From positions 1 through 29,314 of the IMG/VR virus record IMGVR_UViG_3300044854_000029: 29,314 bases of DNA; one strand, 5' to 3'. Below the pieces are notes generated by a model, which was given only the letters and a program-made list of their open reading frames with translations, searched no databases and had not been told where the DNA came from. Source of the DNA: a virus (Duplodnaviria > Caudoviricetes). This document shows positions 18,290-25,129 of this stretch, piece by piece. The translations under genes and the position numbers were made by a program. Each line of letters starts with the position of its first letter. Position 1 is the first letter of the stretch.

Positions 18290-18471
18290 CCGCACTAAGC
18301 GTCACGCATCGCCTGAAGAAGTTCCCGTTCCTGGCCTCGCGCCCGCTCATGGATCCGGCCCACCCGAGATGCCGCTCGCTCCCCATACCGATCATGCTGC
18401 TCGAAGAACTGGAGCCGCCGCCGCGCTACAAGGATTGGGTGCAAGCGGTGAAGGCGAATAATTTACCGTAA
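18286..18471 (+). CDS. Hypothetical protein
   Basis: ATGA overlap, 61 aa. Confidence 0.4.
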   Translation: MTALSVTHRLKKFPFLASRPLMDPAHPRCRSLPIPIMLLEELEPPPRYKDWVQAVKANNLP

Positions 18472-18512
18472 TAAGTCTCGCTCCTCATTTGCTTCGGAGG
18501 TATTGTTGTCGA

Positions 18513-18731
18513 ATGGCGGAACACAATCATGGTGGACAGGACAGTCGGCTTGAGCGTCTCGTTGAGGGCGTTCAGGATGCCCTGTTAGCAACTGAGCGTG
18601 CAAACGCCGTGCGGCACATCGAGTTGATGGCCGCACTGGGGAAACCCGACATTTTGGGCCGTCTCAACGCTCTAAGGTCGCGCCTGGACAAGATTGCGAA
18701 GGCGCTCAAGACCTTGGACGCAGCAACGTAA
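18513..18731 (+). CDS. Hypothetical coiled-coil protein
   Basis: GGAGG upstream; ends LKTLDAAT. Confidence 0.55.
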   Translation: MAEHNHGGQDSRLERLVEGVQDALLATERANAVRHIELMAALGKPDILGRLNALRSRLDKIAKALKTLDAAT

Positions 18732-18753
18732 CCAACAAACGAAAGAGATAAAA

Positions 18754-19179
18754 ATGGCAACAGCTATTGAAACATACGCAGCGAAAGTCGATGCCGCATT
18801 CACGGCCATCGCGGAAACCGTCGATTCAATCGTCACCAGCCTGTCCGGTGTGGCCGGCGACGTGGATCGCCTGAAGGCGACAATCAAGCAACTCCAAGAG
18901 ACTCCGGGGACCATCACCCCCGAAGATCAAGCGTTGCTCGACAAATCCGAGGCCGCGGTCAACCAGATCGCAAGCCGCTTGGCCGGTCTCAAAGAAGCTA
19001 TGGCTTCATCTGGGGCAAGCCAATCCATGCCGAACCAAAGCGAACCCTACCCTAACCCGCCTGTCCGCGCCGGACCGATCCTGACCGCGCCACACCTTGC
19101 ACAAGCATACCAAAGCGAACCTCACCACCGCTCTGCTCTCCGTGACTTGGCTTGCCTCACCTTACAATCAATCACCTAG
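18754..19179 (+). CDS. Coiled-coil protein whose 3' end runs through array B antisense (probably disrupted or extended by the cassette insertion)
   Basis: Natural-looking helix up to ~LAGLKEAMA; the remainder is the translation of the pentamer array. Confidence 0.55.
   Translation: MATAIETYAAKVDAAFTAIAETVDSIVTSLSGVAGDVDRLKATIKQLQETPGTITPEDQALLDKSEAAVNQIASRLAGLKEAMASSGASQSMPNQSEPYPNPPVRAGPILTAPHLAQAYQSEPHHRSALRDLACLTLQSIT
19017..19166 (-). repeat. Pentamer GGY-NN array B (30 units), putative guide RNA(s) directly downstream of the RAMP gene
   Basis: Unbroken 5-nt register; 28/30 triplets start with G, 16 are GGY; NN = AA GA AA AA AC GA GA GT GA TC TT AT TG AA GT GC CA TC CC GC CA GG AG AG TC TT TC AT TT TT. 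Confidence 0.85.
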
Positions 19180-19806
19180 TTCTTTGAACTCGATGATTGA
19201 AAATCTTCCATGCGATGGTCGAAAATCGCCGACGCCAATCAATTTTCCCGCTGCCTGAATCGTAGCGTTCAACAAGTCCGGGCTGATATATTCGGGCAAT
19301 TGAACTTGAAGAACGAACGTCGCTTTCCAACCCTCAGCCATTGCCGGTCGGCTTCTCGTAATCGCGTTTCGTTGAATGCAAACCCGCCTTCGGTCGAGAT
19401 AATCCCATGTTTTTACTCCGAGACTTGCGAGTGGAGTGAGGCTGATGACACCAGCTTTGAAAAGGTCCGCTGCGCTTTTTCGCGGAGACCTTGGATCAGC
19501 TTGATATTTCGCGGCACCAACAATCGCGCCTCGAATATATTCGCCTGGAATCGCCAACTCGCCTTTTGGAGTGCGGTAAACATAACTTTCGATGTCATCA
19601 CTTTTCTTTTCCTTGCTGCCTTTTCGGGCGTTTGCCTTGCTCTCGACCGATTCACAATTCCATCGATGGAATAAAATCGGAGCGACACCTTGAATTGTCA
19701 CTTGAACGCGAAACGGTTCCTGCATTGCGATGCCATCGCGAGCGCCGTTTGTTGGAGCTTCACCGCCGATTGAACCGACTATCCTTGGTTTTTCTGTTAT
19801 CTTCAT
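19168..19806 (-). CDS. Stand-alone Cas7/RAMP-like protein (Vipr-like RNA-guided effector)
   Basis: RAMP layout: first strand VQVTIQGVAPILFH, LAIPGEYIRGAI helix motif, RSRP..W, C-terminal Gly-rich loop AGKLIGVGDFRPSHGRF; inverted relative to the late operon; no cas genes or CRISPR in the window. Confidence 0.85.
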   Translation of the reverse strand: MKITEKPRIVGSIGGEAPTNGARDGIAMQEPFRVQVTIQGVAPILFHRWNCESVESKANARKGSKEKKSDDIESYVYRTPKGELAIPGEYIRGAIVGAAKYQADPRSPRKSAADLFKAGVISLTPLASLGVKTWDYLDRRRVCIQRNAITRSRPAMAEGWKATFVLQVQLPEYISPDLLNATIQAAGKLIGVGDFRPSHGRFSIIEFKELGD

Positions 19807-19808
19807 TG

Positions 19809-19878
19809 GAACCTTACCACACCAGAGCGTGCCGGAGCTTGGCTTTCCGCACCCAAGCAGTGCCCAGCCCAGCTCGCC
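19809..19878 (-). repeat. Pentamer G(G/C)Y-NN array C (14 units) immediately upstream of the RAMP start codon
   Basis: GGC-GA GCT-GG GCT-GG GCA-CT GCT-TG GGT-GC GGA-AA GCC-AA GCT-CC GGC-AC GCT-CT GGT-GT GGT-AA GGT-TC, then CA-ATG. Confidence 0.8.
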
Positions 19879-19914
19879 ACGGGTGTACGCGCTCCCTCCT
19901 TCGAGAGTTAAGGC

Positions 19915-20259
19915 GTGCTGATCTGGCGACCAACACCAGACGAAGAAAGGAGCAAAGTGTTTCGTTTCGATTCATCGGCCTTAAACGATGTGCCCCGATT
20001 CAACCAAATCACCGCGCCGATGTCAAGGATTGACGCGATCCCGCCCGCGCTCCAATCTCGCGACATGACCGAAGCCGAAGTACGTGCCCTGCGCGACCGG
20101 GTGTACGACCACGTTATCTCCGACATCGGCTGGAGCGCGGTGCGGAAGAATTGGCTGTGCCAGTCTGAGACGGCGTTTCTTGTAGAGCACGACTTCCCCT
20201 TGGCAACGCCGCACTCCCAGGAATATATCTTGGAACATCCGCCGCGAACTTCGCGTTGA
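19915..20259 (+). CDS. Hypothetical protein
   Basis: 114-aa ORF with protein-like composition. Confidence 0.5.
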   Translation: MLIWRPTPDEERSKVFRFDSSALNDVPRFNQITAPMSRIDAIPPALQSRDMTEAEVRALRDRVYDHVISDIGWSAVRKNWLCQSETAFLVEHDFPLATPHSQEYILEHPPRTSR

Positions 20260-20295
20260 CACGGCGCGTCCGGCGCGTAAACCTCTGGCATGAAT

Positions 20296-20374
20296 TGCGG
20301 GCGGCAGGCGAAGGTCTGAGCGGGTCTCATAAGCCACGCATGGAGCAGGGTGCAACTCCCTGGCTACGCAACCA
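20296..20374 (+). tRNA. Degenerate tRNA-like element, anticodon CAT (Met/fMet/Ile2-like), with encoded CCA
   Basis: Acceptor TGCGGGC/GCT(A)CGCA-ACCA, D arm CAGGC-GAAG-GTCTG, anticodon loop CTCATAA, T arm CAGGG-TGCAACT-CCCTG; TTGACA promoter-like box at 20256. Confidence 0.6.
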
Positions 20375-20379
20375 AATCT

Positions 20380-20859
20380 ATGAATAACCGCCAACCCGAC
20401 CCGTTCGCCAAAGTCCCACCGATCATAATGGTCGCGCTGGTGGCGTTTTTCTGTCTCGCTCCAGTGGCTTTGCACGTCGGTTGCGCCACGGGCAAAGGCC
20501 AGCTAACGCCCAGCACTGGCGTTTACGATCCGAACGTGATGGCCAGTACCTTGGTCGTGACGGCTGAGAACGTGCGCGAATTGGCTCTGGACGCCTTCGA
20601 TAACTTCGCGCGGCTGGAGAGGGCAAACCGCGCGGCGCTGATGAAGGTTGATCCGAAGATTCATCAAGCGGCTGAGACCGTGCGCCGGGACGGGAAGAAA
20701 TATCTCGACGCGCTGACGGCGGCTAAGGTGGCCTTCCAAAACGACCGCAGCCAAGCCAACGCCACGGCTCTCACGAGCGCCTTGGCCAGCGTGCAATCGC
20801 TTCTGCGCGACACGGTGCGGTACATCTCGGAGATCGCGACGAAGAAAGGCACGCCATGA
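20380..20859 (+). CDS. Putative lipoprotein/membrane-anchored helical protein
   Basis: Hydrophobic stretch ending in HVGC (lipobox-like), followed by amphipathic helices. Confidence 0.55.
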   Translation: MNNRQPDPFAKVPPIIMVALVAFFCLAPVALHVGCATGKGQLTPSTGVYDPNVMASTLVVTAENVRELALDAFDNFARLERANRAALMKVDPKIHQAAETVRRDGKKYLDALTAAKVAFQNDRSQANATALTSALASVQSLLRDTVRYISEIATKKGTP

Positions 20860-21029
20860 CAGCGTTACTCCCGCTCATTTTTGAACTGGCCGAATGGCTC
20901 GCAATGTCGATACCGAAGTGGATCGCCGCAGGACGCGCCAAGGGTGAGCTGACCGCCGAGCAAGAGGCCGAGTATCAATCCCGCCAAGCTTCTATTTTCA
21001 GCAAGGATTACATGCAGCCCGACCCATGA
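20856..21029 (+). CDS. Small hypothetical protein (57 aa, MTALLPLIFELAEW...)
   Basis: ATGA overlaps; translated by hand. Confidence 0.55.
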   Translation: MTALLPLIFELAEWLAMSIPKWIAAGRAKGELTAEQEAEYQSRQASIFSKDYMQPDP

Positions 21030-21139
21030 GGAAGCCAGCCGCCACCGTTGACCCCGCCTACGCCGCCCAGGAGCGCAGATTCAAACGCTGGCTGGCCCGG
21101 CGCAAAGACCTCTGGAAGATGCTCTGCAAGCGGTGGTGA
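21026..21139 (+). CDS. Small basic protein (37 aa)
   Basis: ATGA overlap; last gene before the strand switch. Confidence 0.4.
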   Translation: MRKPAATVDPAYAAQERRFKRWLARRKDLWKMLCKRW

Positions 21140-21184
21140 CGTAACTCGCCTGCCCGCGCCTTGACGTGATGGCTCACAATTCAC

Positions 21185-21301
21185 TCAAACCTCACATTTC
21201 TCGACCGCGCTCCAGTCGCTGCGTTCCATCGCTTCCGATGCGGCCAAGAGCACTTTGGCCAAGGCTTCGATGAGGCGCAGCTTTTCGGTCTCGTCGGTCA
21301 T
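21185..21301 (-). CDS. Small hypothetical protein (38 aa, MTDETEKLRLIEAL...)
   Basis: ATGA overlap with the RusA-like gene. Confidence 0.4.
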   Translation of the reverse strand: MTDETEKLRLIEALAKVLLAASEAMERSDWSAVEKCEV

Positions 21302-21699
21302 GGCGTCTCGATAATCACGGTGACGCCTTCTTCCTCGGCGTTGGCACATTTCTCGGAGACGACGGTCCCTTGAAGAACTTGCCAGTTGTCATCATCCAAG
21401 ATTCCAGCCGCGATAAGGCAATCTTGAAGAAACTTGATGCACCAGTTGTCGTAATCGCACGGTCGCTGTGCTCGCACGACGTAGGTGATCGTAGCGCGTT
21501 GTAGAGGGCAAGTGAGGCCCGGCGCTTCTCCGTATGCAGGCGCGACCAATGCTGGCCTTGGATGCGGTTCTGCGACGGCGGCAGGTATTTCAACCGGATT
21601 GTGATTCTTGGCATGTGCTTGCATCTTCTCCCGCGCCCGCTGCTCCTGCGCGAGTCGGCGCGTCATATAGTCTCGGGCCTGTTGCGGCGTCCAGTTCAC
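21298..21699 (-). CDS. rusA: RusA-like Holliday junction resolvase, catalytic half
   Basis: RPCDYDN..KFLQDCLIAAGILDDDN..VTVIIE matches the RusA DxDN..K..D.L...G...DD signature. Confidence 0.7.
   Translation of the reverse strand: MNWTPQQARDYMTRRLAQEQRAREKMQAHAKNHNPVEIPAAVAEPHPRPALVAPAYGEAPGLTCPLQRATITYVVRAQRPCDYDNWCIKFLQDCLIAAGILDDDNWQVLQGTVVSEKCANAEEEGVTVIIETP
21315..21614 (-). CDS. Overlapping ORF encoding a RusA-like N-terminal segment
   Basis: MPRITIRLKYLPPSQNRIQGQHWSR: the PPSxN..HW motif typical of RusA N-termini, in a different frame from the catalytic half. Confidence 0.5.
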   Translation of the reverse strand: MPRITIRLKYLPPSQNRIQGQHWSRLHTEKRRASLALYNALRSPTSCEHSDRAITTTGASSFFKIALSRLESWMMTTGKFFKGPSSPRNVPTPRKKASP

Positions 21700-21747
21700 G
21701 GTTTGTCTTTGGTTTATGGGTTGTGCCGAATCACACTGTTCGGCGAC

Positions 21748-21978
21748 TTATTCATCGTCGCCTTGTTCATTTTGTTGACCGATGTTTACATCACACCCAA
21801 CGTCGCCAGAGCCATCCTCGGGCCAGTCCTCGTTTGGACATCCAGCCGCGTGCCGATACTCATCTGAATTTTTCCGCTTCTGGCCTTTCCTGAGCATCGG
21901 TTGGCCGCACTCAGGACACAGATTGTAACGTCGCCGAACCATGCGCTGCACCGAACCGCTATTTGCGCTCTTGCTCAT
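21748..21978 (-). CDS. Small Zn-binding protein
   Basis: CPECG...HAAGC; ATGA overlap. Confidence 0.55.
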   Translation of the reverse strand: MSKSANSGSVQRMVRRRYNLCPECGQPMLRKGQKRKNSDEYRHAAGCPNEDWPEDGSGDVGCDVNIGQQNEQGDDE

Positions 21979-22160
21979 TCCTTCCTCGCTCGCTCTAAAT
22001 GGCTGGCTATGCGGTCAATAACCGCCTTAAAGCACCAACCGCCGCCATTAGAACCGTCGCCGTTCTCTAGCACGAGCCTCGATGCACGGCGTCCGCTGCC
22101 ACCGCCGCTTGTGAAAAGGTCGTTGGCAATCCGATACGCGAGCTTTTGCGTTTTGGTCAT
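21975..22160 (-). CDS. Hypothetical protein (61 aa, MTKTQKLAYRIAND...)
   Basis: GGAGGAG RBS; ATGA overlaps. Confidence 0.55.
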   Translation of the reverse strand: MTKTQKLAYRIANDLFTSGGGSGRRASRLVLENGDGSNGGGWCFKAVIDRIASHLERARKE

Positions 22161-22333
22161 GGTCGTCTCCTCCAATTCCCCACGAACTCGCTCACAATCG
22201 CGAACGGCGCGACCACGCACCAGACCGCGAACGCAATGGCGTGGAGCACGACCCAACCTACGGCGATGAGCACGAGGCAGGCGAAATAGGCCAGCACGCA
22301 AATTGCGACGAGTGAAAGTGCGAGGTGGATCAT
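22157..22333 (-). CDS. Small membrane protein (58 aa)
   Basis: Long hydrophobic stretch; ATGA overlaps. Confidence 0.5.
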   Translation of the reverse strand: MIHLALSLVAICVLAYFACLVLIAVGWVVLHAIAFAVWCVVAPFAIVSEFVGNWRRRP

Positions 22334-23097
22334 GGTCGCCGTTCTGATTTTGTTGAACCGCTGATTGAGCCGCCCTGCGATGCCGAATAGAAGTAGTTCG
22401 CTTCGGGATGCGCTTCGATCAATGCCTTGTAGCGGTTGAAAATCCCAAGCGTCCAATCGGCATCTCGATAAACCACGTCGCGCATAATCGTATCTGGCCA
22501 ATGCGAATCCATGCCGCGAGAGAGCACCACGAACGTCAGGCAGGTTGCCCGCACATCAACGCCCGTGTCTTTGAACAAGCCTTCGCTGCCAGCGTGCCAC
22601 GGGCCTTTGGCGAGGTACTCGCCTCCATCCACGAGCGGGAACTTGAGCGTTGATCCTCCAAAGCCTTGTGATTTCGTATCGCGTGGATTGTGGAAATAAA
22701 CGTTGTCAGCCGCATTCGGCTGGTCGGCCACGAGCCACACACCGCGAGCGCATTCATATTTCCGATAACGGCGCTCTTGCGCTTCGGATTGTCCGCACTT
22801 CATTGCGCCACGCTCAATCGCGTAATCATTCGAACCAACAGGCGCAAGAGCCTTGGCAGGTGCTTTCTTTTCCCAAGACTTCTTGGGCTTTCCGAACACT
22901 GAATCTTGGCAATCCTGGCAGAGACCGCTGATGGTGAACTCGCGCCTTGAAAGGTCGTCGCGGAATACGAGCGCAGGTTTCCCGCAACCGATGGGCGGCG
23001 GAACGCAGACGTTTTGCTCGATAGTTGCACGTCTGTCGTACCCGAACAGCTTGGTAAGTTCAGCTTCGAGCGCTGGATGTTTATTGCTTGGATTCAT
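22330..23097 (-). CDS. Hypothetical two-domain protein with an N-terminal Cys cluster
   Basis: CV..CGK..EFTISGLCQDCQD; second domain SQGFGGS..KGPWH. Confidence 0.65.
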   Translation of the reverse strand: MNPSNKHPALEAELTKLFGYDRRATIEQNVCVPPPIGCGKPALVFRDDLSRREFTISGLCQDCQDSVFGKPKKSWEKKAPAKALAPVGSNDYAIERGAMKCGQSEAQERRYRKYECARGVWLVADQPNAADNVYFHNPRDTKSQGFGGSTLKFPLVDGGEYLAKGPWHAGSEGLFKDTGVDVRATCLTFVVLSRGMDSHWPDTIMRDVVYRDADWTLGIFNRYKALIEAHPEANYFYSASQGGSISGSTKSERRP

Positions 23098-23696
23098 GTT
23101 TTAACTCTCATTCCTGTCTTCCTTCCTGCTACTGTTCTTAGCCTGAGTCCCGAAGACTTTGCAGACCCCTCCCTAGCCCCCGGTCAACCGGAGGTCAGGT
23201 GCTTCCTGTCTGTTCTTGAGCCTTGCGTTGCCCGAATGACAAGCAGATTGCCGTTCGCTCAGTACTTGCTTGTGTTCCCTGCGAAATGTGCGGCTAATCT
23301 TGGACGGACTAGTTTGATGGACACATGCCATCCCGCCTTCGCGCTTCCGTCTTTCACCCGCGCGTCGCGTTTTCGACTTCCCCAGCACGCGATCTTTACA
23401 ACGGTCTGTCGCTGGTGTGGCCGTCTGACTTGAATAGCCAGCGGCTCGGGTTTTATCCCGGTAACAACAGGCGAAACCATAGGTTCCTCTGCGATTAGCC
23501 GTCCAACAGACATTGTTTAATCGCTCGGTAGAAGGGAATGCCCCGTTCGCTTTGAAAAGCACCAACGCGGAGGTGTCTGGCTCACGCCAGAACGAACGAG
23601 GCAAGCTAAAGTCTCGCTCAGTTGTATTGCACACCGAGTTGTCGCTTTTCAAACGACTACCGAACGGACTGAAATTATTTCTAAATCGCATGGTTG

Positions 23697-24956
23697 TCAA
23701 TCCCCCACTTCATCCGGGTGATTCGCCTCGAACCATTCCATGAAGGCGTCGAGGTGATCTCTAAAATCCAAATCGGTCTTGGACGGCGGTCTCTGCTTTC
23801 CCTGTCGGTCCGTCCAGCCTTTCGGCTCGTAATTGTGTGCAAAGCCAAAAAGCCGTCGTCGCGCCTGCTCATCGTCATGGCGCAGGTTGTAAAGCTCGCC
23901 AATCGTGTCAGGGCGCTTCAGATACTCGTCGCGCTTCATCCCGGCATATGGCACAGGCACCACGGCGTTGAACCACGGTTGCTCGTCGGCGGGACCGTTT
24001 AATTCAAGCGCCTTGCCCGCTGGCTTGGCCTGGGACGCGCTAGAAGCCGGGGCTGCGGTCTCCTTTGGTGGCCCAGAGGCTCCTGCGGGCTTCTGCGGCC
24101 CCGCGGGGCGCTGGTCTGCCGGAATGAGCGAGTCCAACTCGGCCAGAATCGTCGCGGCATGGCGCTTGGTGGTCGGGACATACCTCGCTTCGAGCATTTC
24201 CAGCGGTTCTCCAGGCGTAATGTCGTCGGGCGGACCGCTATCCGGCAGCAACCAGCCCTTGTCTCGGCAATAGCCAAGCGCATACTCGCCACGGCGCTTT
24301 AGCTCGGCGATCCAGCGGAGGCGCTGTTCTTCGGTAGCAGGCTGCGCCCCCAGCTCCGAACCGGGGGGCTTCGCGGTGCCTGCGGTGGGCTTTGGTTGTG
24401 GAACATTGGCTGGCTTGGCTCTGGAAGCGCGGGCGTTATCGTCAAACCCGTCATCAGGCACTTCCTCGGCGGGGGTTGTGGACAAGCCAGCGTCAATCAG
24501 GACCACGACATGCGCGAAAACCCCACGGCATGTGCGGCTTATGGCACGAGTTTGGGCCATTGCTTTCCCGGCATATTCAGCCCGGTTCTTCCAAGTCGGG
24601 TTGCCTTTGCGGTCCTTTTCGTCGAAGCCAACGTAACCTTCCCCAGTGGCGATGATCTCGCCGTGAGAGTTCCGAAGCACGCCTTTAGCCTTGTAGCCGA
24701 TATGGTTGCCTTGATTGTCGTAAACCCGCTCGGCGTCCTCGGCCCCAGCAAAGCAGCCATGGGCGGTGGCGATGGATTCCCAGCCTTCGACCTTTACGAA
24801 CTTATGCCCTCGAATCTCGCAAGCGGTTTTCAGGACGATCTCTCGGCAGATGCCGGCCACGTCGGTTGCCCGACGCATAAGCGCCTGGGGACTGCGCGGT
24901 TCGTCCATCACGGACGGCATTGGTTCGATCTTGGTGAGTGATTGTTCACCATTCAT
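23697..24956 (-). CDS. Putative single-strand annealing/recombination protein
   Basis: FVKVEGW, AMAQTRAISR, TPAEEVP, then a Pro/Ala linker; adjacent to the exonuclease gene, giving a Red-like pair. Confidence 0.65.
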   Translation of the reverse strand: MNGEQSLTKIEPMPSVMDEPRSPQALMRRATDVAGICREIVLKTACEIRGHKFVKVEGWESIATAHGCFAGAEDAERVYDNQGNHIGYKAKGVLRNSHGEIIATGEGYVGFDEKDRKGNPTWKNRAEYAGKAMAQTRAISRTCRGVFAHVVVLIDAGLSTTPAEEVPDDGFDDNARASRAKPANVPQPKPTAGTAKPPGSELGAQPATEEQRLRWIAELKRRGEYALGYCRDKGWLLPDSGPPDDITPGEPLEMLEARYVPTTKRHAATILAELDSLIPADQRPAGPQKPAGASGPPKETAAPASSASQAKPAGKALELNGPADEQPWFNAVVPVPYAGMKRDEYLKRPDTIGELYNLRHDDEQARRRLFGFAHNYEPKGWTDRQGKQRPPSKTDLDFRDHLDAFMEWFEANHPDEVGD

Positions 24957-25129
24957 AGGTCTTCTCCGCATTCACGGCGTCGGGCTTCGCGCCAGCGCAA
25001 TTCTTGGTCGAGCCACCACCAGGACCACCAGCGGTCTTCTTCCTCCTCGTCGCGGCGCTCGCGGCGGTCTATGTCCGAGAGCCGGGTGCCGCGCTCACAG
25101 AAGTCCTTTGATCCGTTTGTCGCCCTCAT
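24953..25129 (-). CDS. Small charged, Trp-rich protein (58 aa)
   Basis: Translated by hand (..DEEEEDRWWSWWWLDQELRW..); stop overlaps the SSAP ATG. Confidence 0.4.
   Translation of the reverse strand: MRATNGSKDFCERGTRLSDIDRRERRDEEEEDRWWSWWWLDQELRWREARRRECGEDL

Noticed and set aside
19017-19878. Canonical CRISPR array beside a Cas7-like gene
   Set aside because: No 23-50-nt direct repeats with spacers; the periodicity is 5 nt, and no cas1/cas2/cas6 is present
23173-23700. 175-aa and 84-aa ORFs in the structured region
   Set aside because: Arg/Ser/Cys-rich, non-protein-like composition and no recognisable motif; not called as CDS, though not excluded
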